A DNA stretch of 64,000 nt from Octopus sinensis (Eukaryota), in assembly GCF_006345805.1 (NCBI RefSeq), contig NC_043007.1, positions 72,912,001 to 72,976,000 on the forward strand. Reading direction: 5' to 3'. The notes beneath the pieces are model-generated. The model was given only the letters and a program-made list of their open reading frames with translations. It did no database searches and was not told the origin of the DNA. Position 1 is the first letter of the stretch. The number at the start of each line of letters is the position of its first letter. The translations under genes and the position numbers were made by a program. Shown piece after piece: positions 13,191 to 25,327 of this stretch.

Positions 13191-14042
13191 GGATCTTTGT
13201 GGTTTTCATCACTGTTTACAATTTTGTTCCAGTTGTTTTCAAATTTGGTATATATATTAAGTTTTGTATACTAATTATGAAAACGAAATTTATTTTCCCA
13301 TTAAATCAATAATTAAAAAGTTATTAGCCTTTAAAATTTGCAAAATTTGGGTATTTTAGCCAATCAGAAGCGAGTATTTACATATCACCGTAGCAAAAAT
13401 CTGTCTCCATAACAACCAAAGATGCTGAGAAAGTGCACAAGGAGTATGACCAACAAATTGAGAGTACCTGGGCATCTTTAAAACATGGGAACAAATGTCA
13501 GTGTGGAACACACTGTTCCATGGTTGACTCTTTGTGAATTTATGTTGAGAAGGAAATATGAGAAAGATAATTTATTTTATAAAATCCTAGAGTGTAATAC
13601 AAACTATCGTAGTTGAGTTTTTAAACTAATAAATGCCTGTTTTAAACAATGTTTTGACTGCTATTCCTAGCAACTCCTGTTGGTTTGCTCATAGCTTCTA
13701 AATATTTAATTTGCTTGCAAATGATTCAATGTTTTGCACTGTTTACTTTGCTTGTGTATATTTTAATGCTTTGACTGTTATTTCTAGCAACTCCTGTTGG
13801 TTTGTTCACAGGTTTTAAATATTTAATTTGCTCACAAATCTTTTAATGTTTTCCACTGTTGTTTTCTGATTGGCTGAAAATTCTGAAAATTATCAAACTT
13901 TGAACACCTGTAACATTTTCGCAAAATTTTTCTGAAATAAATGAACAACAAATTTGGATTCAGTGTCAAAAATTACATCTATATGATGCATTAAAAATAT
14001 TTTTTAAATAATTGTAAACAGTAACGAAAGCCACAAAGATCC
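13191..14042 (+). mobile_element. Merlin/IS1016-like non-autonomous element
   Basis: About 33-bp TIRs starting GGATCTTTGTGG; 8-bp TSD TAAATGTT/TAAATGCT. Internal transposase C-terminal remnant QIESTWASLK...CGTH...DS/CEFMLRRKY at about 13450-13600. Confidence 0.8.
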
Positions 14043-15253
14043 TAAATGCTCAATGAATAACAATGAAATACATTTCCATAGGATGATAGTAAATATAAAT
14101 GTAGCTCTGTTGTTATGCATAATTTTTTCCAAACAATTGAGTTCATACCTGTTCATAGCCAAATCTAACTTCCCTACATATATTGTTTGTGTATGAAGAA
14201 AAATGTGAATCTAATTAGTTTTAGCAATTAATACCACGAATCCATCTTGCTTTCAACATGGAATATTAAAAAACAGAAACATATTTAATGATTTCAAAAC
14301 CTGTATGATGATAATAAATTTTATAAAGATATAAATGTATATTTATTTTATATGAATCAATATCTTAATATTTACAAAAATAAATGCATCAAAAAATGTT
14401 TATAGCACCAATCATCATTATTTAACATCCTTTGCCCATGCTGGCATGGGTTTAACGGTTTGACTGGGCTGGCACCGGTATCTGCTAATGACTGCAATTT
14501 TGCTCGACTTCATGGATCTTTTCAAGCACGGCATAATGCCAAATGGCCATTGCCTCCATGAGGCCAAAGCTCAGCCACTTTGCCTCCATGTAGTCCAGGA
14601 GCTCAGCCACTTTACTTCCATAAGGCCCAATGCTTGAAAGGAAAATTTAGTAAAATAAATTTATTTAAATAACCGTGAATTCTTTAAGGCACGTCCTGTA
14701 TATATGAAATGGACAGAAATAATAGATTTATTTATTTATTATAGGCTTACAGCTGTTTCGGATATGTGTTTGTGTGTATTTATAGTTCAGTAAGTATCAG
14801 GCTTACAAAGAGGATAAGTACTGGAGTCAGATTGGACCTTCATCTTTCATGTATCCTGTACCATAAAAATATCCATAAAGTAACCTGTACCTGCAAATAT
14901 TTTAGGGGCATCACTTAGCCTCTCTTCTAGTTTTTAGTTGAGGACAAAACAACCTCAGTCCCGCTTTCTTTCTCTGTATGGTCTTCTATATCACGTGATG
15001 GTTGTAAACAAGCATCACCATTATACAAAATACATGGTGTCACCAGTAAGTTCTCTTTGCAACCACATTGTTCCAGGTTCAGTTCCAATGCATGACACCT
15101 TGAGCAAGTGTCTTCTGTTATAGCTTCAAGTAACCAAAGTAGACGGAAACTGTGTGGAAGCCTGTCATATATAACATACATATAGATAGATGTGTGGTTA
15201 GTCTCATTGATTCTGTGTTGGAGTATTGGATTGTTGTTGTGTGAATGGTTACA

Positions 15254-15650
15254 GGCACAAGAGTGGCTGTGTGGTAAGTAGCTTGCTTACCAACCACATG
15301 GTTCCAGATTCAGTTCCACTGCGTGAGACCTTGGGCAAGTGCCTTCGCCTATAGCCTCAGGCTGACCAAAGCCTTGTGAGTGGATTTGGTAGACAGAAAC
15401 TGAAAGAAGCCCATCGTATATATGTATGTGTGTGTGTATGTTTGTGTGTCTGTGTTTGTCCTCCCAAACATCGCTTGACAACCGATGCTGGTGTGTTTAC
15501 ATCCCCGTAACTTAGTGGTTCGGCAAAAGAGACCGATAGAATGAGTACTAGGCTGACAAAGAATAAGTCCTGGGGTCGATTTCCTCAACTAAAGGCGGTG
15601 CTCCACCATGGCCACAGTCAAATGACTGAAAAAAGTAAAAGAGTAAAGAG
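15254..15650 (+). mobile_element. tRNA-derived CORE-type SINE
   Basis: A/B-box-like head, CCTTGGGCAAGTG core, internal (TG)n, and 3' GGCGGTGCTCCA..CATGGCC..CAGTCAAATGACTGAAA tail. Confidence 0.85.
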
Positions 15651-16529
15651 AGAAAGGCTTCTTTCAGTTTTCCTCTAGCAAATCCATTCAGAAGGCTGTG
15701 GACAGTCTGGGGCTACAGTAGAAGACACTTGCCCAAGGTGCCATGCTGTGGGACTGAACTCAGAACCATGTGGTTGGGAAGCAAACTTCTTACCTACAGA
15801 GCCATCTCTGCACCTCCAACAAAAATATAATTAACAAAAAAAAGAAAAAGAAAACTAATTAAAACAAAAATATCTACTTAAAAACCAAAGTCTATTTAAA
15901 AACATCAACTAAATAGAAAACAAACAAAAATTTAATGAATGAAAAGAAATTGAAACAATTCCCACCTTAAACATTTTCTAAGGAATTTCTCTTCTTATAA
16001 ATTCAAATATGTTTCTGTCCATAATCTCAAGGAAAATATCAAAATTGAGAATTAATAGACTTCACCATGTGTCACAAGTTCATCTTCAGAAAAATAGAAG
16101 AATATAGATTGCAGTGAAAATGAATGAGTATTTAAAATAAATGCTATCAAAATAGAAAGACAAATATTATTATAAAAGATTTTTTTACAAAACATTAATC
16201 AATCATTCTTAAATTTAAAAGAACTGTTGTATTTAGGTAAATGATTGAAAAAAATCATGTTAATGTAATATTAGTTTTGAATTTTGGCACAAGACCAATG
16301 ATTTGGGTGGAGAGGTGAGTTGTGCTTAACTGGTACTTATTTTATTAACCCCAAAAGGATGACAGACAAAGTTGACCTCAGCAGAATTTGAAGAGAGCAT
16401 GTAAAAATGGATCAAATGTTGCTAAGAATTCTGCTTGGTGTGTGTAGCTTAACTGATATCATCACTGTTTGTGTCCCTGAAACTGGAACATGGATGAGTA
16501 GCTCTGTGGTCAGTGACTAGACCTTAGAA

Positions 16530-19447
16530 CAGGGGTGGGCAAACTACGGCCCGCGGGCCGCATGCGGCCCGCCGATAGCTTTTATGGATCCCAACTTCTA
16601 TGCAGATACTTCGTAACTGTTTCAGTTGTACGGTAATTCACAATAGTTTGCATTTTATTTCAGTTCACTGTTTCGCACCTTCACAAAATTATCCGCTGTT
16701 TGTTTGTTTCAGCTACTGTGAAGCGATGAAAAATTTTGAGAAATATTCCTATGACATCATAATAAAACACATTTCTGGGTGAAGATATCTTTTCTGTGTT
16801 TTCTCGTCAGACCCTACAAACTCAAAAATTAATAGAACAATGAAACAAGTATTGTGGCAATACAACGAGTCAATCGATATGCTTGAAACATTCAAATAAA
16901 TAAATCACGTGATAGATGGTGAAGAGGGCATGATGGACGATGCGTTTCATTCCAATGAAGAAGCCGGCCAGGTTAATAAAAGGGCTTGAACCAGCTTTTT
17001 CTGGACACAGAGCTGTGGTTGGTTATCATTCACTCTATCGATTATTTGAATTTAGTACAGATATGAGTGTTTCAAACTAGCTTTTGTTGTCTGATAACAT
17101 TTACCCAAAATGAGTTGTTCGAAGCTATCTAAAAAGCGAAAAATTGAAGAGGAATATCGTGTTTTTAATGAAAATTGGACTGAAAAGTATTTCTTTACCA
17201 ACGTTGGAGTGAAAGCTGCATGTTTGATTTGTTCTGAAACAGTTGCTGTGTTCAAGGAATATAATTTGAAACGCCACTTTCAAACGAATCACGCCAATTT
17301 TGGACACAATTTATCAAAACAAGAACTGCAAAAGAAAGCAAATGATCTGACAAAACGTTTGAAGCAACAGCAAAATGTGTTTGATAAAACTTCCTCTTTA
17401 CAAAGGAATGCGACAAAGGCAAGTTTTATATTGGCCAACAAAATTGCAAAGCAAAACAAGTCATTCGCAGAAGCAGAATTTATCAAAGATTGTATGGTTG
17501 ATGCTGTCAGCGTTGTGTGTCCTGGAGTTAAGTCAAAAGTAGAAGCCATTTCCCTGTCACGAAGAACTATTGTTCGTCGCATTGATGCAATTGCCGTGAA
17601 TATTCATGAACAGCTGTTAACAGCCAGTGGTCGATTTCAGTGGTTTTCTATTGCTTTAGATGAGAGTACTGATATTCAGGATACTGCTCAGTTACTCATT
17701 TACATCAGAGGAATTGACGAAAACTTTGAAATTACAGAGGAATTGTTATCTATGGAGTCTCTCAAAGACACTACTACTGGAAAAGATTTGTTCAACAGTG
17801 TCATTAACAGTTCAATCAGGTCTGGATTAACTCTAAATAAACTGGCCAGCATTACAACCGATGGAGCTCCTTCACTCACCGGTAAACATTCCGGCCTTGT
17901 GAAGTTGTTGAATGACAAAATCAAAGAAGATTTTCCACTACACAGTGTGTTGTCTTTTCACTGCATCATACATCAAGAAAGCCTTTGTAAGTCATCTTTA
18001 AAACTCAAACATGTCATCGAACCTGTGGTGCGTGCAGTGAATTTAATAAGATCACGGGGATTGAAACACAGGCAATTCCGAAGTTTCTTGGAGGATGTGG
18101 AGGCTGATTTTACTGATGTGCTGTACTACACAAATGTCCGCTGGTTAAGCACTGGAAAAGTTCTTAAGAGAGTATGGGACCTCAAAGCCGAGATTCTTAT
18201 GTTTCTCAAAATGCAAGACATCTCCTGTGACTTTTTAAACGAAATGGAGAGTGACAAATGGGTTTGTGATTTTGCATTTGCTGTGGACATAATGCAGAAG
18301 CTGAATGAACTTAACACAAAACTGCAAGGCAAAGGTATATTTGCTCATGAAATGTACCTGGAAGTGAAAGCTTTTCAATGGAAGCTTGGACTTTTTGCCA
18401 AGCAGCTGAATGAGCAAAAATTTATTCACTTCCCTCTGCTGAAAACACAGTCTGTTACACAAGAATCATCGGACAAGTACAGTTCCCAGTTGATGGCTTT
18501 ACAAAAGGAATTCATTAGAAGATTTGCTGATTTCAAGGCAGTTGAAGGCCTGTTCGATTTGCTTAACTCACCTCTTGCCTGTGACATTGAAACAACTACC
18601 GAGGAACTGCAGATAGAACTGATTCATTTGCAAGCCGACAATTCTTTAAAGATGATGTTTGAAAGTAAACCACTGGTCGAGGGTTTTATGCTTCTCTACA
18701 TTCAAAAAAGTTTCAAAATCTAAAAAAATTTGCAAGAAAGATGTTTGTGTTGTTTGCATCAACTTACATATGTCAGCAGACTTTCTCCATCATGAAAATT
18801 AACAAGGGGAAGAATCGATCACTTCTCACAGACTCAAATCTTCAGTCAGTGTTAAGAATCAGCACAAGCAACTTGACACCTAATTTTGACAAACTGGTAA
18901 ATGACAGTAGTCAGCTGCATCATTCTCATTGACATTGTTATTTACAGAGCCACTCTGTTTTTCAAATAAATGCTTCAGGTGACGTTTCTAATTTCAGATA
19001 TCAATTCATATTAATAAACTGTTATTTCTCTTTAAAATCTTTTATTTTGGGTATCCTAGAATTTAAGTATAATATTCATCATGGTGGTCCATAATATTAA
19101 GAGGTGGTTGACCACAATTAGTGCAGATTTTACTAGGAAAATTCCGTTCCTGGCAATTTGTAAGCAAATAGAACTGTCCAAAATAACCGAGGTTCCTGTA
19201 ATAATTTTAACTATAGGGGCAAATAACCGAAAAACATGAACCCGATACTCTAAAAAATAAATTAAATCACTCAAACCAGGAATATTTCACAAAATTTCCT
19301 TTCAATCAATTGTGTGTTTATAGGTCTATAACCGCTTTTAAAAATATTTTCACTTGATTTTTATAAATGAGGCCCGCCAAGGTTCTAAAGACACACTGTG
19401 CGGCCCGCGATCAAAAATATGTATGTATGTATATATGTATATATATG

Positions 19448-19492
<45 letters not shown>

Positions 19493-19610
19493 GTATATAT
19501 ATATATGTATGTATATATGTGTATATATATATATATATGGATGTATATATGTGTATATATACATCCAAGGTTCCAAAGACGCACTGTGCGGCCCGCGATC
19601 AAAAATATGT
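16530..19610 (+). mobile_element. hAT (SPIN/Charlie-like) DNA transposon
   Basis: Left terminus CAGGGGTGGGCAAACTACGGCCCGCGGGCCG. Right subterminal GCGGCCCGCGATCAAAAA motif present twice with microsatellite; right TIR not resolved. Confidence 0.85.
17110..18932 (+). pseudogene. hAT transposase (SPIN/GTF2IRD2-like), one frameshift near 18680
   Basis: 537-aa ORF with zinc-finger-like N-terminus (CLIC...NLKRHFQTNH), FSIALDESTD, TTDGAPS, HCIIHQESL and VRWLS. The hATC dimerisation end (FASTYICQQTFS) continues in another frame to 18932. Confidence 0.9.
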
Positions 19611-19729
19611 ATGTATATATATATATATATGTATGTATATATGTATATATATGTATGTATATATATATATATATGTATGTATATATGTGTATATATATAT
19701 GTGTGTGTACCCCACAACATAGACTGGTA

Positions 19730-20843
19730 GTTAATGACTTTAGGATCAGGACTAAGTGAACACCCAGAAGATGACCAGCATGGAGAAGAAGTGTTTGGAA
19801 GCTTAAAGATTCTGCAAATGGTCAGAGATTTAGAGACATACTACTTGAAGCCTTTGACAAAATAGAAGGGGATATAGCTTCACATGGTGTAGAAGACAAC
19901 TGAAGGTTTCTACAGGACAACCTGCTGAGAGCAACTGACCAGATCTGTGGATGGTGCAAAGTCCCCTCTCAACCCAAAATAACGTGGTGGTGGAACAATG
20001 TTGTAGACAGGGCTATTAGAGAAAAGAGACAGGTTTGGAAGGACTGGAAGAACGGTGGTAGCAGGGAATTGTATCAGACTGCCAGAAGAGAAGCTAGGAG
20101 ACAGGTTTATTTAGCCAGAGAGAAGCAGATAAGAAAAAATTTGCCAATGTTCTGCGCTGTGGAGATCAAAGTCTTGAGGTATTTCGTGTTGCAAGACAGT
20201 GTGTGAGAGAGAATCGTGATGTTGTAGGAGAGAAATGTGTCAGCATGGATGGTGGTTCTCTTGTGCTAAATGGTGCTGCAAAGAGAGAGGTTTGGAAACG
20301 CCACTATGAAAAGTTGTTGAATAAAGAAAATGAATGGGATGAAGAGAGTCTGCCGAATGTCGACCCAACAAAGGAACCAGCTATCCGAGTTGACAGTACC
20401 TTGGTAGATAAAGCAATTAAAAGTATGAAGACAAGGAAAGCCCCCGGCCCATCAGGAATTACTGCAGAGATGCTCAATATATCTGGCAGTGTTGGCTATA
20501 GCCTGGTCACCCATATAGTTAACCAGGTGATACATGAAGGAGTCATACCCAATGACTGGTGTAGCAGCATAATAGTCAACTGCTACAAAGGTAAAGGTGA
20601 CACTTTAGATACAAACAATTACAGAGGTATCAAGCTGTTGGATCAGGTAATAAAGATTACGGAGAGGGTCATAGCCCAACTAATTAGGGATAGAGTCAGT
20701 TTAGATGAGACACAGTTTGGTTTCGTGCCAGGGAAAAGCATTACTGATGTTGTATTTCTGGTAAGACAGCTACAGGAGAAATACCTAGCCAAAGATAAGC
20801 CCCTGTACCTGGCTTTCGTTGACATGGAGAAGGCCTTTGACAG
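19730..20843 (+). mobile_element. RTE-clade LINE fragment
   Basis: TWWWN, KAPGPSGITAEML, NYRGIKLL, QFGFVPGKS and YLAFVDMEKAFD; homology stops abruptly at about 20843. Confidence 0.88.
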
Positions 20844-20929
20844 AACCCTAAATTTAAAGGTGAATTCTTTCGATTGTTGCATGAAAAGTGTGCAGAAATT
20901 CCACAGAGCTCATCAGTTCAATGCCAAAA

Positions 20930-22460
20930 AGACATGACATGTGAGGGTGATTTGCCAGGGCAGGGCCAATCCATAACATTACATGACATGTTGGGGATTC
21001 GCCAGAGGGGCAGACCCAACCCATAACATTACATGACATGTCGAAAATTCACCAAAGGGGCAGGGCCAACCCATAACATTACATGACATGTCAGAGATTC
21101 GCCAAAGGGGCAGGGTCAACCCATAACATTACATGACATGTTGGAAATTCGCCAGAGGGGTAGACACAACCCAAAGCATTACATAAGATGTCAGGGATTC
21201 ACCAGAGGGCCAGACAAAACCATAACATTACATGACATGTTGAAGATTCTCCAAAGGAGCAGGGCCAACCCATAACAGTACATGACATGTCAGATTCGCC
21301 AGAGGGGCAGACCTAACCCATAACATTACGTGACATTTTGGAGATTCGTCAGAGGAGCAGGGCCAATCCATAACATTACATGACATATTGGAGATTCACC
21401 AGAGGGGTAGAGCCAATCCATAATATTACATGACATGCTGGACATTCGCCAGAGGGGCAGACCCAACCCATAACATTACATGACATGTCAGGGATTCGCC
21501 AGAGGGGCAGACAAAATCATAACATTACATGACATGTTGGAGATTCGCCAGAGGGGCAGGGCCAATCCATAACGCTACATGACATGTCGAAAATTAACCA
21601 GAGGGACAGGGCCAATCCATAACATTACATGACACGTCGGGGATTCGCCAGAGGGGCAGACAAAACCATAACATTACATGACATGTCGGATTCGACAAAG
21701 GGGCAGGGCCAATCCATAACGCTACATGACTTGTCGAAAATTAACTAGAGGGACAGGGCCAATCCATAACATTACATGACATGTCAGGGAATCGCCAGAG
21801 GGGCAGACAACACCATAACATTACATGACATGTCGGAGATTCGCCAAAGGGGCAGGGCTAACCCATAACATTACATGACATGTCAAAAATTCACCAAAGG
21901 GGCAGGGCCAACCCATAACATTACATGACATGTCAAAGATTCGTCAGAGGGGCAGACCCAACCCATAACATTACATGACATGTCGGGGATTTGTCAGAGG
22001 GGCAGTGCCAATCCATAACATTACATGACAAATCAGGGTTTCACCAGAGGGGCAGACAAAACCATAACATTACATGACATGTTGAAGATTCTCCAAAGGG
22101 GCTGGGCCAACCCATAACATTACGTGACATGTCAGATTCGCCAGAGGGGCAGACCAAACCCATAACATTACATGACATGTCAGGGATTCGCCAGAGGGGC
22201 AGACCCAATCCATAACATTACATGACATGCCAGGGATTCGCCAGAGGGGCAGACAAAACCATAACATTACATGACATGTCAGAGATTCGCCAAAGGGGCA
22301 GACCCAACCCATAACATTACATGATATGTCAAAAATCCACCAGAGGGACAGGGCCAATCCATAACATTACATGACACGTCGGGGATTCGCCAGAGGGGCA
22401 GACGCAATCCATAACGTTACATGACACGTCAGCGATTCGCCAGAAGGGCAGACAAACCCA
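20930..22460. repeat. Tandem array of about 50-bp units, block 1 (about 31 units)
   Basis: Consensus CCATAACATTACATGACATGTCGGAGATTCGCCAGAGGGGCAGGGCCAAC; units start at 20971, 21021, 21071, 21121 and onward. Confidence 0.97.
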
Positions 22461-23007
22461 TATATATATGTATATATAGGCTGACCAAAGCCTTGTGAGT
22501 GGATTTGGTAGACGGAAATTTAAAGAAGCCCATCGTATGTGTGTGTGTCTATGTTTGTTCCCTCCCCACCACCACTACCATCACTTGACAACCGATATTG
22601 GTGTGTTTATTTACCGTTCAGCAAGAGAGACCGATGATTATTTTATTTACAGAGAAAACTTGCAGATTGATAGTTTTTCCCACTTTTTTCCTAACTCCTG
22701 ACCATAGCCTGGTAACAATTTGCATAAACCAATTGGTGGTTACTTGAATTTAAATAGTCCATACGAGTGGCACACTACAAACTATAGTAAACTGTGTCAG
22801 CTTATATGCAGTGAACCAGTTCTAGTTGCTGTATTTTATAGAGGCATAGGATCAGCTTCAGGCAAAGTAAGAAATGGTAAGTTTGCAAATGGGAGGCATC
22901 AAATGTGTATGTTTAGGTTATTTGGAATAAGAATAAGTTGTAACAGTTGGTGTCAAAAAAAAGTAAACAAAACACAGACAGAAAATAAGATAATTTTACT
23001 GTTCGAT

Positions 23008-23338
23008 TAACATTACATGACATGTCAGGGATTCGCCAGAGGGGCAGACCCAATCCATAGCATTACATGACATGTCAGGGATTCACCAGAGGGGCAGACA
23101 AAACTATAACATTACATGACATGTCGGAGATTCGACAAAGGGGCAGGGCCAACCCATAACATTACATGACATGTCGAAAATTCACCAGAGGGACAGGGCC
23201 AATCCATAACATTACATGACATGTCAGGGATTCACCAGAGGGGCAGACAAAACCATAACATTACATGACACGTCGGGGATTCGCCAGAGGGGCAGACCCA
23301 ACCCATAACATTACATGACATGTCGGAGATTCGCCAAA
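23008..23338. repeat. Tandem array of about 50-bp units, block 2 (about 6-7 units)
   Basis: Same unit and orientation as block 1. Confidence 0.95.
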
Positions 23339-25327
23339 GTAAAATAAATAAATGAAGACAGACCAATTTTACTTGAAAAATTTTTAATAAAATAAACAGA
23401 GATCTACAAAGATTGTAAATTTACGAACACACACATATATTATTGCTTATATAAAGTAAAACATTTTGCATATGAAATATTTGTAAATATCTGTAAATGG
23501 TTTATCAAAGTAGTTCCCATTTCCTACGTGAACCAAAATTACCTCCCCTATTATCATGGCAACAAATATTTAAAGCATTTAGCATTCAGCTTATTCTGTC
23601 AAATGTAATGCTTATTTATTCAAATTGTTTCGAACTAATCATGCATAACCTCATAACTTTAATGATGTGATTGTTCATTTTTAATATGACTTTATAGGGT
23701 AGGTGCAAGAGGCTGGATCTGGTTGGTTTAATTGCTTATGGGTTAAATAAAACATGGTCAACAAAACACTTTAAAACAGAGAACCATAATTTTACAAAAG
23801 TATAAAATGGAATGAGTTGGCACCATAAAATGTAATAAGAATTTTTGTACAAAAGTAGTAAACATAAACAGAAAATTGTAATTATTGGTATATATCAACA
23901 GACTGATGTCAGTTTTGTTCCTTTTTGTTGTAAAAATAATACTTTGAAGTTATAAATGGTAAAATATTATAATATTGATTGGAATATGAATAATTTATTT
24001 ATCATTGTCAGGTTTACAGGCTTCAGTCTTCTTGGAATAGCTTGCTAGTAAAATATATATATGTATGATGAAAAGTGAGTAATAAAAATATACGTATGAT
24101 GAAAAGTGAGTAATAAAAATATATGTATGATGAAATATACACATGATGAAAAGTGAATAATTAAGAAATTTTAATTAATCGTGAATCTTGAAATATAAAA
24201 TGTCACCATCATTATCATCATCATTGTCATTTAACATGTTTTCCATACTGGCATGGGTTGAACTTTTTGACTTGAGCTGACTAGTTGGAGACCTGCACCA
24301 AGCACCAACTATCTGCTTTGGCATAATTTCTATGGCTGGATGTCCTTAACAATGAAATCCATCTCCATAAGATGACAGTAAACACAAATGTAGCTCTGTT
24401 ATTATGCATAATTTTTTCCAAACAATTATGTTTAAACCTATTCATGGCCAAATCTAACTTCTCTATATGTCAATGTAGAGTATTGTTTTTGCATGAAGAA
24501 AAATGTGAATCCATCTAGTTTTAGTAATTAATACCACAAATTCATTTTGTTTTCAATATGGAATATTAAAAAAATAAAACATAATATTTAATGGTTTCAA
24601 AACCTTTCTGATGATGATCAATCTTATAAACATGAATATTTATTTTATATGAATCAATATCTTTTAATATATACAAAAATAAATGCGTCATAAGAATGTA
24701 TATAACCAACCAACATTGGAATTTCTCTTCTTGTAGATTCAGATATGCTTCTGTCCATAATCTCAAGCATAGTATCAAAATTAAAGAATTAATAGATTTC
24801 GACATATGTCGCAAGTTCATCAAACTAACCTTCAGAAAATTAGAAGAATACAGATTCCAATGAAAATGAATGAGTATTTAAAACAAATGCTATCAAAATA
24901 GAAAGACAAATATTATGATAAAAGATTTCTTACAAAACATTAATTAATCATTCTTAAATTTAAAAGAATTGTTGTATGTGGAGGGTTTGTTTGAAATAAC
25001 TGAAAAGAAATCAATATTGTAATACTAGAATGGCAAACTTCAATAAAACTCATAAAATCATAATTGATTAGTTTATAAAGAATTTGGTATTTTCAAATAA
25101 AAATTTGAATAATTATCATTATCAAGTCTCAGTTTGTAAATAGTATGTATGTATGTGAGTGTGTGTGTATGGCCAGATGGTGTGAATGTGTACACATACA
25201 TATATCATTGTATGTATAACATGATTCAGACACACACATCCATACAACATCCATCACTCAAATTAGAGTGGCTTGATAGCATATTTTACATCCCTGTGAA
25301 GAATGAACATGCAAAGTATAATTTAAC

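Noticed and set aside
20865-20920. Minus-strand CTGATGAG...CGAAAG next to the array
   Set aside because: Stems I and II cannot be formed.
20990-21020. CTCF-motif array (CGCCAGAGGGGCAG)
   Set aside because: Has one G too many for the CCASYAGRKGGCRS spacing, and this is the less conserved half of the unit.
20930-23338. CRISPR-like array (constant repeat plus variable spacer)
   Set aside because: The variable halves are homologous to one another, there are no cas genes, and the context is eukaryotic.
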